Assembly: GCA_964371025.1 (NCBI GenBank)
Contig: CAYJKH010000001.1
Location: 2,077-66,076 of the forward strand
Source of the DNA: an uncultured Muribaculaceae bacterium
GTDB taxonomy: Bacteria > Bacillota_I > Bacilli_A > RF39 > UBA660
Direction of reading: 5' to 3'
DNA: 64,000 bases
Position numbers and translations under genes: made by a program. How positions within the stretch are numbered: position 1 is the stretch's first letter; each line of letters starts with the position of its first letter. Shown in pieces: positions 21,420-30,433 of this stretch. The notes beneath the pieces were generated by a model that was not told the origin of the DNA, did no database searches, and worked only from the letters and a program-made list of their open reading frames with translations.

Positions 21420-22862
21420 ATGAAATATTTAAATTTAGATATAGTAACAATAAATAATTTATTAAAAGAAAAAAAGATTACTCCAACTGACTTAGTGTTA
21501 GAATCTTTTGACTTGATAGAAAAAAACAAAGATTTGAATGCATATATTACATTAAATAAAGAAGAGGCGTTAAAAGAAGCAAAACTTTTGGAAGAAAAAG
21601 AAGTAGACTCTCTTACTTTTGGACTTCCAATAGCTATAAAAGATAATATATTAACAAAAAACCTTAAGACAACAGCAGCTTCTAAAATTTTAGAAAACTT
21701 TAATCCAATATATGATGCTGATGTTATTAAACAAATTAAAGATAGTAATATGATAATAATTGGTAAGACTAATATGGATGAATTTGCAATGGGATCATCC
21801 AATCAAACATCATTCTTTGGGGCAGTTAAAAACCCTTGGAATAAAGCATTAGTTCCAGGTGGTTCATCAGGAGGAAGTGCGGCAGCAATCGCATCAAGAA
21901 CAGCTTTTTTTGCTTTAGGTACTGATACTGGTGGTTCAATTCGTCAACCTTCTAGTTTTTGTGGTTTAGTAGGATTAAAACCAACATATGGAAGAATATC
22001 TAGATATGGAATAATTGCCTTTGGATCATCTTTTGACCAAGCAGGTCCAATGACAAAAAATGTTTATGAAAATGCCGTATTATTAAATGTCCTTGCTAAG
22101 AAAAGTGATAAAGATTTAACTACTTTTGAAACAAATGAAGACTTTACAAGACTTATTAATAAAGATGTTAATAATTTAAAAGTAGCAATTCCAAACTTTT
22201 TCATTAGTGATTTAATAGATAAAGAAATACGAGATAAATTTAATAATATAATTAAATTACTAGAAGAAAAAAATGTTCAAGTAGATTATATAGATATAGA
22301 TTATTTAGATAAAGCGGTAATGCTTTATCAAATTCTTGCTCTAGGAGAAGCTAGCTCAAACTTGGCAAGATATGATGGGATTAGATATGGATATAGTTAT
22401 GATAATCCAAAAAATATAGATCAATTATATAAGAAAACTAGAGGAGAAGGTTTTGGTAGTGAAGTAAAGCGTAGAATTATGATTGGAAGTTATGTATTAA
22501 GTGGAAGTAAAGCAATTACTCATTATACAAAGGCTTTAGAAATAAGACATGCTATGCGTGAGAGTTTCTTAGAAAAATTTAGTAATTATGATTTAATTAT
22601 TGGTCCAACTACAACAACATTTGCTTATGAACTTGGAAAAGATTTAGATGATGCGGTTAAATCATTCTTAGATGATATCTTAACAATTCCAGTTAATTTA
22701 GCAGGTTTACCAGGACTTAATTTACCGATTGGTTTTTCTAAAACTAATTTACCAATTGGGATGCAAATAATTGCAGGGCCTAAAAATGAAGCAGTTATAT
22801 ATCAATTAGCAAGTTTCATTGAAAAAGAATTAAATCTAAATTTAGAAATAGAGGTGAAATAA
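21420..22862 (+). CDS. gatA: Asp-tRNA(Asn)/Glu-tRNA(Gln) amidotransferase subunit A (amidase signature)
   Basis: amidase signature GGSSGGSAAAIA...GTDTGGSIRQP; 480 aa. Confidence 0.92.
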   Translation: MKYLNLDIVTINNLLKEKKITPTDLVLESFDLIEKNKDLNAYITLNKEEALKEAKLLEEKEVDSLTFGLPIAIKDNILTKNLKTTAASKILENFNPIYDADVIKQIKDSNMIIIGKTNMDEFAMGSSNQTSFFGAVKNPWNKALVPGGSSGGSAAAIASRTAFFALGTDTGGSIRQPSSFCGLVGLKPTYGRISRYGIIAFGSSFDQAGPMTKNVYENAVLLNVLAKKSDKDLTTFETNEDFTRLINKDVNNLKVAIPNFFISDLIDKEIRDKFNNIIKLLEEKNVQVDYIDIDYLDKAVMLYQILALGEASSNLARYDGIRYGYSYDNPKNIDQLYKKTRGEGFGSEVKRRIMIGSYVLSGSKAITHYTKALEIRHAMRESFLEKFSNYDLIIGPTTTTFAYELGKDLDDAVKSFLDDILTIPVNLAGLPGLNLPIGFSKTNLPIGMQIIAGPKNEAVIYQLASFIEKELNLNLEIEVK

Positions 22863-24292
22863 TGAAGTACATTCCAACTATTGGGATTGAAGTCCATGTT
22901 GAATTAAAAACTAATACTAAGTTATTTTCATCATCTTTAAATGAATATGGGAAAATGGCAAATAGTTTAACAAATGAAATAGATTTAGGATATCCTGGAA
23001 CACTTCCTACTGTTAATAAAGAAGTAATTAATAATGCTATAAAAGCAGCACATATCCTAAATTGTAGTATCCAAGATACTATTCATTTTGATAGAAAAAA
23101 CTATTTTTATCCAGATAATTCTAAGAATTATCAAATTACTCAAAATAAAACTCCAATTGGAACTAATGGATATATAAATATTAATATAGATGGAAATATT
23201 AAAAAAATATATATCAATGAAATGCATATTGAAGAAGATACTTGTAAAAGTACTCATAAAAGTGAAAAAACATTATTAGATTTTAATCGATCAGGAGTTC
23301 CATTAATTGAAATAGTTACAACAGCATGTATGTCATCTAGTAAGGAAGCGGTTCTTTATTTAGAAAAATTAAAAGAATTACTATTTTATAGTGATATAAG
23401 TAACTGTAAAATGGAAGAAGGGTCGATGAGATGTGATGCTAATATATCACTTCGTAAAAATGAAAATGATCCACTTGGAGTAAAATGTGAAGTTAAAAAT
23501 ATAGGATCAATTTCAAATGTCGGACTTGCTATTGAAAAAGAAATTGTTAGACAAACTAAAATGCTTGATAATAATGAAACTTTCAAAGAACAAACGCGTA
23601 GATTTGATGAGAAATTACAAGATACAATATTAATGAGGGTAAAAGAAACAGGAAATGATTATAGATATTTTCCAGAACCAGATATTCCTTATATTAATAT
23701 AACAGAAGAAATGAAAGATAATGCTATTAAAGAAATACCGATGTTACCGGATGAACGAAGAAAACTTTACCTAGATAATGGAGTTAATGAACTTAATAGT
23801 AATAAATTAATTCAAAATAGAGATTTAAGTGACTTCTTTAATAATTTAGTTGATAAAAATATAGATTTAAAAGTAGCTAGTAATCTTTTACTAGGGGATA
23901 TATCAGCATATTTAAATAAAACTAACAAAGAAATTACTGATACAAAATTAACTATTGAAAAAATGGCTGAATTAACAATTAAGATTACATCTAATGAAAT
24001 AACTAATAAGAATGTAAAAGAAATCTTAATAGATGTTATGGAAAGTGATAACAAAATAGAAAAAATTATAAAAGATGCTAATATTTCAAATATTGTTGAT
24101 AATAGTTTTATAAAAGAAATTATTAGTAAAATAATTAATGATAATCCAGAAAGTGTTCAAGATTATCAAATGGGAAAAGATAGAGCAATTAAGTATTTAA
24201 TGGGGCAAGTAATGAAAGAAACAAAAGGTTCTGTTAATCCAAAGGTTGCAAATCAACTTTTATTAGAAGAATTAACAAAACTTGTTGATTGA
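22862..24292 (+). CDS. gatB: Asp-tRNA(Asn)/Glu-tRNA(Gln) amidotransferase subunit B
   Basis: IGIEVHVEL N-terminus, GatB/YqeY C-terminal domain; 476 aa; ATGA overlap with gatA stop. Confidence 0.92.
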   Translation: MKYIPTIGIEVHVELKTNTKLFSSSLNEYGKMANSLTNEIDLGYPGTLPTVNKEVINNAIKAAHILNCSIQDTIHFDRKNYFYPDNSKNYQITQNKTPIGTNGYININIDGNIKKIYINEMHIEEDTCKSTHKSEKTLLDFNRSGVPLIEIVTTACMSSSKEAVLYLEKLKELLFYSDISNCKMEEGSMRCDANISLRKNENDPLGVKCEVKNIGSISNVGLAIEKEIVRQTKMLDNNETFKEQTRRFDEKLQDTILMRVKETGNDYRYFPEPDIPYINITEEMKDNAIKEIPMLPDERRKLYLDNGVNELNSNKLIQNRDLSDFFNNLVDKNIDLKVASNLLLGDISAYLNKTNKEITDTKLTIEKMAELTIKITSNEITNKNVKEILIDVMESDNKIEKIIKDANISNIVDNSFIKEIISKIINDNPESVQDYQMGKDRAIKYLMGQVMKETKGSVNPKVANQLLLEELTKLVD

Positions 24293-24345
24293 AAAAAAAA
24301 CTTTAGTAGTGTATAATAATAGTAATATAATAAGGATGTGAATAT

Positions 24346-24801
24346 ATGAAACAATTTGTAATAAAAAATAAAAAAACTTTTATAATTATCGTGATTTTTC
24401 TTATAGTAATGTTTTTACTAGGATTATTAGTGAGTTCTTTTTTCATTGATGCTACTAATGCAGGATATGGGAATAGATTAGACGGTATAAAAGAAGTAGA
24501 AATAAGTAAAACAGAATTAGAAGGTATTTCTTCTAAATTAGAAGAAGATGACAAAGTTCAAACAGCAGACACACGTATTTCTGGTAAAACAATTAATATT
24601 GTTATGACTTTAGAAGATTCAGTAAGTGTTAAAAATGCAAAAACGCTAGCAACTTTAGTAAAAGAACAATTATCTGAAGAAGAAATGGAATTTTATGATG
24701 TTCAACTATTTGTAGATAAATCAACAGCAGAGGAGGCTTTTCCAATAATAGGATATAAGAGTCATACTAATGCTGATTTTACATGGACACAAGAAAGATA
24801 G
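24346..24801 (+). CDS. hypothetical membrane-anchored protein
   Basis: N-terminal TM (FIIIVIFLIVMFLLGLLVSSFF), acidic extracytoplasmic remainder. Confidence 0.45.
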   Translation: MKQFVIKNKKTFIIIVIFLIVMFLLGLLVSSFFIDATNAGYGNRLDGIKEVEISKTELEGISSKLEEDDKVQTADTRISGKTINIVMTLEDSVSVKNAKTLATLVKEQLSEEEMEFYDVQLFVDKSTAEEAFPIIGYKSHTNADFTWTQER

Positions 24802-24810
24802 GTAAAATTA

Positions 24811-26850
24811 ATGAAAAAAAAATTATTTATAATAATACCAATTTTAATTATAAGTATTACAGTTATTTTTGTTTATAATTATTATTACTCAGAAGATGAG
24901 TTTAGTTCATTAACAATTGGAGAAAAAAGATGGGTAGAAGAAAATAAAGAGAGCATTATTGATATAAATATAGTTAATGATTATCCTTTATATGCTTCTA
25001 ACGGAGAAGGAATATTATTTGACTTTATTGATGATATTGAAAAAAATGTTGGCTTAGAGTTTAATAAAATACCATATTTAAAAAACAGTGAACCAAGTAG
25101 TGAAGGTTTAGGGATAGAAATTTTAGATAATGATAAGAAATTATCTAAAAATGATTTACTAATCTTTGAAGATTATTATATTGCAATTGGTAAAAATTAT
25201 GAAAGACTTAATAAAATAGAGGATATTAAAAATAAAACTTTTGGAGTGTTTGAAAGTGATTTTAATGATATTAGCTATTATTTGAAAAGTGGTACAAATT
25301 TATCGTATAACAAATATACTTCTATTGATCAACTTTATACTGCATTAGAAAAAAATGAAATAGATATGATTATTATTCCAAATATTATGTATTTAAATAA
25401 GACTATTGAAAATGATAAATATTCAATTAATTATTACTTTACAGAAATGAAAAAACAAATAGTATTATCACTTGATGAAAGTCAAACTGAATTAAATAAG
25501 ATTATTACAAAATACTATGATAAATGGAAAACTACAAAATATATTGAAGAATATAATAAAGCCTATTTGGATTACTATTATGAAATGAACAATGTTGAGG
25601 ATAAGGATAGAGCAGAATTATCATCAAAAAGTTATACATATGGTTATATAGATAACCTACCTTATGAAGGTGAAGTAAATGGAATGGTAGCAGGAATTGC
25701 TGGAGAATACATTGATCGAATAGAAAGACTTGCTAATATATCCTTTAAATATGAAAAATATGATTCTTTAGAAGAGTTAGAAAAAGCTATTAAGGATAAT
25801 AAAGTTGATATTTATTTTAATTATTATAATATTAAAAATGATAAATATTTAGATACAGTATCTACTTTTATTGAAGATTATGTTGTTCTTGGTAAACAAG
25901 AAGATAATCATATTGTTAGTTCTTTAGAAAGTTTAAAAGATAAAAATATTATTATGTTAAATAATGATTCCTTATATGACTATTTTAAGACTAATTCACA
26001 AGCATCTATTAAAACAGAAGATTCTATAAGCAATTTAGAAAAAGAAGCTGGAACTAATATGATTGTTATGGATGAAGAAAAATATAACTATTATAAAGAT
26101 AAATACTTTAGAGACTATAATTTATTATATAATAATACAATGATGAATGATTATAACTTCAAAATAAAAGAAGATAATAAAGCATTTTACGATTTATTTA
26201 ATTACATTATAAATACTAATTCATACTATAATTATAGAAATAGTGGAATAGAATCTTTAGATGACTCAATTTTAGAAGATACTACATTTAACCAATTTCT
26301 AACTATTATATTATTATTTGTAACATTGCCTATATTAATACTAGTAGTTATATATGTTTTATTTAAAAGAAAAAGAAGAATTAAAAAAGTTAAAATTGTA
26401 GATAAACATAAATATACCGATATGCTTACATCTTTGAAAAACAGAAATTACTTGAAAGATATGACTAATCAATGGGATGATGCAAAAGTTTATCCTAAAG
26501 CAATTATTATGATAGATTTAAATAACATCAAATATGTTAATGATAATTATGGGCATGAAGAGGGAGATAAATTAATTATAAGTGCAGCAAGTATTTTAGT
26601 TAATTCTCAACTTGAAAATAGTGAAATCATTAGAACTGATGGAAATGAATTTTTAATTTATTTAGTTGGTTATCGTAGAACACAAGTAGTAGCATATTGT
26701 CAAAAATTAACAAAAGCTATGAAAAATTTACCATATGAATTTGGCGCTGCTATTGGATATAGTATGATAGAAGATGATATTACAACATTAGACGATGCTA
26801 TAAATGAAGCGACTTTAGAAATGATTACGGCAAAAGAAGAGAGTAAGTAG
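24811..26850 (+). CDS. membrane sensor protein: N-terminal TM + ~480-aa extracytoplasmic domain + TM + C-terminal degenerate GGDEF domain (RTDGNEF)
   Basis: The C-terminal ~170 aa follow the GGDEF fold pattern (IMIDLNNIKYVNDNYGHEEGDKLI ... RTDGNEFLIYLVG). The signature reads R-T-D-G-N-E-F where R-x-G-G-(D/E)-E-F is expected. Confidence 0.65.
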   Translation: MKKKLFIIIPILIISITVIFVYNYYYSEDEFSSLTIGEKRWVEENKESIIDINIVNDYPLYASNGEGILFDFIDDIEKNVGLEFNKIPYLKNSEPSSEGLGIEILDNDKKLSKNDLLIFEDYYIAIGKNYERLNKIEDIKNKTFGVFESDFNDISYYLKSGTNLSYNKYTSIDQLYTALEKNEIDMIIIPNIMYLNKTIENDKYSINYYFTEMKKQIVLSLDESQTELNKIITKYYDKWKTTKYIEEYNKAYLDYYYEMNNVEDKDRAELSSKSYTYGYIDNLPYEGEVNGMVAGIAGEYIDRIERLANISFKYEKYDSLEELEKAIKDNKVDIYFNYYNIKNDKYLDTVSTFIEDYVVLGKQEDNHIVSSLESLKDKNIIMLNNDSLYDYFKTNSQASIKTEDSISNLEKEAGTNMIVMDEEKYNYYKDKYFRDYNLLYNNTMMNDYNFKIKEDNKAFYDLFNYIINTNSYYNYRNSGIESLDDSILEDTTFNQFLTIILLFVTLPILILVVIYVLFKRKRRIKKVKIVDKHKYTDMLTSLKNRNYLKDMTNQWDDAKVYPKAIIMIDLNNIKYVNDNYGHEEGDKLIISAASILVNSQLENSEIIRTDGNEFLIYLVGYRRTQVVAYCQKLTKAMKNLPYEFGAAIGYSMIEDDITTLDDAINEATLEMITAKEESK

Positions 26851-26858
26851 GGATAAAT

Positions 26859-27698
26859 ATGATAGAGAAAGCTAATCGATATTTTAAAATTATTATTAAT
26901 AAAGTGAAAGATCCAAAGTTAAGAATATTACCAGGACAATTAGCTTTCTTTACTGTTATTTCGCTTGTCCCTTTGTTAACTTTAATCATATTAATAGCGA
27001 GTTCATTATCATTACCATATAATGAAATAGTTGGATTTTCTTTTTTAGAAATTTTTTCTGCTAATACGGAAGAAGTTTTATTGGAAAATTTAGAAGCTGG
27101 ACTTAATTTTAATATGATTATGTTTTTTGTAGTAGCATTTATACTAGCATCTAATGGACCTCATTCAATTATTCTAATATCAAATGAAATATATAATACT
27201 AAGGCTAAATCTTTTATAAAAAGAAGAGCTAAGGCTATATTAATGACCCTTATATTGGTTATGTTAGTCTTAATTTTATTATTAGTTCCATTATTTGGGA
27301 ATTTGATAAAACAGGCATTAATTGAAAATAATTCTAATAACATAGAAACATTTACTAATATATATTTGATGATTAAATATCCAATTACAATTATATTAAT
27401 ATTTATAAACGTAAAGATATTATATTTAATATCAGCAGATGTTAAAATAAAACCATCATCTACAACAAAAGGAGCTATATTTACAACTATTTGCTGGATT
27501 ATAGCTACTGAAATATATTCATTTTATGTAGGAATGTTCTCAGATTATAATTTATTCTATGGGAGTATTTCTAATTTAATTATAGCTTTAATATGGATAT
27601 ATATAATCTCATACATTTTTGTACTAGGCCTTGCATTTAATGCAGCATCTAATAGGAAAGGGGGAAATACATATGAAGCAATTACTAAAAAAAATTAA
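26859..27698 (+). CDS. YihY/virulence factor BrkB family membrane protein
   Basis: N-terminal consensus ...LPGQLAFFTVISLVPLL... and 6 TM helices typical of YihY/BrkB (formerly RNase BN) family. Confidence 0.7.
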   Translation: MIEKANRYFKIIINKVKDPKLRILPGQLAFFTVISLVPLLTLIILIASSLSLPYNEIVGFSFLEIFSANTEEVLLENLEAGLNFNMIMFFVVAFILASNGPHSIILISNEIYNTKAKSFIKRRAKAILMTLILVMLVLILLLVPLFGNLIKQALIENNSNNIETFTNIYLMIKYPITIILIFINVKILYLISADVKIKPSSTTKGAIFTTICWIIATEIYSFYVGMFSDYNLFYGSISNLIIALIWIYIISYIFVLGLAFNAASNRKGGNTYEAITKKN

Positions 27699-29739
27699 AC
27701 GGAAAAGTAAATCATTTATAAAAAAAATAGACTTAAAAAAGAGATTACTAAGTATTAAAGAAGATAAGTTAATTATTAAGTTTATAAAAGAAAATAATTT
27801 ATTTTTAATATTTGTAGGGACTGGGATATTAAACGAAGTATTATTAAGAGTTAATACAATTGGTGGTATTAGTCAGGTATTTTCATTTAGACCTATTTTT
27901 GCAGATTTAACATTACTAATAATTATTGGTTCGATAGGTTTTTTAATAAAAGAGCGTAATAGAATTAATTATTATTTACCAGTATCAATAGTATTAACAG
28001 CATTATGCTTGATTAATGCAATATATTATACTTATTACTCATCATTTGCATCATTTTCAATGTTATCATTAACTCAATATGTTAACGAAGTAGGAGATGC
28101 TGTATCAATTATTTTTTCACCAGTGGATATTATTTATTTGCTAGCACCAGTATTATTAATTATTGTTAATTATCGAAATAAAAAAAGATATAAAAAAGAA
28201 CATGTCATAACTCATATTGAAACTAGAAGAAAATCTATGTTTAAAGTATTAGGAGTAGGAGGAACTTTATTAGTTTTATACTTACTTACTATGTCATCAC
28301 TAGATGTATCAAGATTTAATTCACAATGGAATAAAGAATATATAGTTATGAGATTTGGTACTTATATATATCAAATAAATGATGCTATAGCTTCAATTCA
28401 ACCCCAAGTAAATTCGTTATTTGGGTATGAAGAGGCAAAACGTAATTTTGAAGAATACTTTGAAGATACAGTACCTGAGGTGGATAATGAATATACAGAT
28501 ATGTTTAAAGATAAAAATGTCTTAGTTATTCATGCGGAAAGTATTCAAACAATTTTATTTGATATGAAATTTAATAATCAAGAAGTATTACCTAATTTAA
28601 GTAAGATAGCAAATGAAGGATTATATTTTTCAAACTTTTATGCTCAAGTAAGCGTAGGAACTAGTAGTGATACAGAACTTACATATAATACCTCTTTAAT
28701 GCCTACTCAAAGTGGGACAGCATTTGTTTCTTATCCTGACAAAACGTATATAGCAACTCCCAACTTAATGCAAGATTTAGGATACTATACATTTAGTATG
28801 CATGCTAATAATGCTGATTTTTGGAATAGAAGAACTATGTATCAAACAATTGGATATGAAAGATTTTATAGTAAAACAGATTATGAAGTAACAGAAGAAA
28901 ATACAATTGGTTTAGGTCTTTCAGATAAAGACTTCTTTAAACAGTCTATGCCTTATTTAAAAGATATAAATGAAAATAATGAAAAATGGTATGGGTTAAT
29001 GATTCAATTATCAAATCATACACCTTTTGCAGATGTTGATAAATATGGAGAATTTCCAGTGGATATTAAAGAAACTGTTAATGGAGAAGAAGTTGTTTAT
29101 CCTTATTTAGAAGGGACAACATTTGGTAACTATATTAAATCAGCTCATTATGCAGATGCTGCTTTAGGAGAGTTATTTACTTCATTAGAAAATGAAGCTC
29201 TACTCGAAGATACGGTTATTGTAATTTATGGTGATCATGATGCTAGAATATCAAAAAAAGATTATGATTTATATTATAATTATGATAGGGAAACTAATGA
29301 GTTATATAAGGAAGATGACCCTAGATATGTACCATATGATACTTATATGTTTGAAATGGATAAAAAAGTACCATTTATTATTTGGTCAAAAGATTTAGTA
29401 GAAGAGAATAAAAATAAAGAAATTACTAATGTAATGGGAATGTATGATGTAATGCCTACATTAGGAAATATGGTAGGATTTGATAATAAGTATGCTTTAG
29501 GAAATGATATTTTTAATATTAAAGATAAGAATATTGTAGTATTTCCTGATGGTAATTGGGTAACTAATGACATTTATTATGATAATCAAAAAGGAGAATA
29601 TAGTCCTATCACTAAAAATCCTATAAGCCAAGAGCAAATTGATTATAATAATGAATATGTAACTAATTTATTGAAAGTTTCAAATGATATGATAGTTCAT
29701 GATTTATTAAATGAAGATAATCCAGAAGGAGTTGAATAG
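27673..29739 (+). CDS. ltaS: lipoteichoic acid synthase family protein (LtaS-type sulfatase-domain phosphoglycerol transferase)
   Basis: Five N-terminal TM helices then an extracellular sulfatase-like domain (…HAESIQT…, …MHANNADFWNRR…, …VIYGDHD…). Start chosen at ATG 27673 behind AGGAAAGGGGG; it overlaps the yihY-like gene by 26 nt. Confidence 0.8.
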   Translation: MKQLLKKIKRKSKSFIKKIDLKKRLLSIKEDKLIIKFIKENNLFLIFVGTGILNEVLLRVNTIGGISQVFSFRPIFADLTLLIIIGSIGFLIKERNRINYYLPVSIVLTALCLINAIYYTYYSSFASFSMLSLTQYVNEVGDAVSIIFSPVDIIYLLAPVLLIIVNYRNKKRYKKEHVITHIETRRKSMFKVLGVGGTLLVLYLLTMSSLDVSRFNSQWNKEYIVMRFGTYIYQINDAIASIQPQVNSLFGYEEAKRNFEEYFEDTVPEVDNEYTDMFKDKNVLVIHAESIQTILFDMKFNNQEVLPNLSKIANEGLYFSNFYAQVSVGTSSDTELTYNTSLMPTQSGTAFVSYPDKTYIATPNLMQDLGYYTFSMHANNADFWNRRTMYQTIGYERFYSKTDYEVTEENTIGLGLSDKDFFKQSMPYLKDINENNEKWYGLMIQLSNHTPFADVDKYGEFPVDIKETVNGEEVVYPYLEGTTFGNYIKSAHYADAALGELFTSLENEALLEDTVIVIYGDHDARISKKDYDLYYNYDRETNELYKEDDPRYVPYDTYMFEMDKKVPFIIWSKDLVEENKNKEITNVMGMYDVMPTLGNMVGFDNKYALGNDIFNIKDKNIVVFPDGNWVTNDIYYDNQKGEYSPITKNPISQEQIDYNNEYVTNLLKVSNDMIVHDLLNEDNPEGVE

Positions 29740-29740
29740 T

Positions 29741-30373
29741 ATGAGATTAAAGAAAAAAGCTAAAGTTACAATAGCAGTATCAGTTATTTTAATAGTTCTA
29801 GTTTTAGGAGGATTATTTGTATATAATGTATTCTTTGACAAAAAAGTAGCAAGAGAAGCAAAAATTTTAAAAGAAATTGATGAATACGGATATGAATTAA
29901 AAGATACTAGAAACGATAAATATCATGAACTATTTGCAGAATTAGAAGAAATACTATCTAAAGAAGAAGTAGATGAAAAAGCTTATGTTTCTAAAATAAG
30001 TGAAATGGTTATATATGATTTTTATACATTAGATGATAAGATAGCAAAAACAGATGTTGGAGCAGTAGATTTTTTATATAGTGAAGTAGTAGATAATTTC
30101 TTAATGAATGCAGAAGATACTTACTATAAGTACTTAGAAAGTGATATTTATAGTGATAGAGAACAAATACTACCAATTGTAGAATCTGTAACAATTGGAG
30201 ATATAGAAAATATAAGCTATGATTATTTAGATAAAACAGATGAGAATGCTTACAAAGTACCTGTGACATGGACATATGGAGCAGCAGATTATGCTTCATA
30301 TCAGTCAAGTGCAACTTTAATTTTTATACATAACGAAAATAGATTAGATTTAGTAGAATTAAGCAATGAATAA
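29741..30373 (+). CDS. hypothetical membrane-anchored/secreted protein
   Basis: MRLKKKAKVTIAVSVILIVLVLGGLFVY signal anchor; ATG 29741 behind GGAG; no known motif. Confidence 0.45.
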   Translation: MRLKKKAKVTIAVSVILIVLVLGGLFVYNVFFDKKVAREAKILKEIDEYGYELKDTRNDKYHELFAELEEILSKEEVDEKAYVSKISEMVIYDFYTLDDKIAKTDVGAVDFLYSEVVDNFLMNAEDTYYKYLESDIYSDREQILPIVESVTIGDIENISYDYLDKTDENAYKVPVTWTYGAADYASYQSSATLIFIHNENRLDLVELSNE

Positions 30374-30387
30374 TTGCTTTTTTTATT
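30362..30387 (+). terminator. rho-independent terminator for 29741-30373
   Basis: AGCAAT-gaata-ATTGCT followed by TTTTTTTATT; stop codon in loop. Confidence 0.6.
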
Positions 30388-30389
30388 GC

Positions 30390-30414
30390 AATAAAAAAGA
30401 GTGATTAACACTCT
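30390..30414 (-). terminator. rho-independent terminator for convergent LCP gene
   Basis: AGAGTG-attaa-CACTCT hairpin preceded on + strand by AAAAAA (U-tract on minus strand). Confidence 0.55.
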
Positions 30415-30433
30415 ATATTTATTAGTTTAAATA

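Noticed and set aside
21332-21802. 156-aa minus-strand ORF overlapping gatC/gatA
   Set aside because: Antisense to conserved gatCA; spurious
23057-24054. three short minus-strand ORFs (23057-23257, 23386-23586, 23812-24054) inside gatB
   Set aside because: All antisense to gatB; no start signals; spurious
30009-30314. 101-aa minus-strand ORF with His/Leu/Tyr-rich translation
   Set aside because: Antisense to 29741-30373; low-complexity translation; spurious
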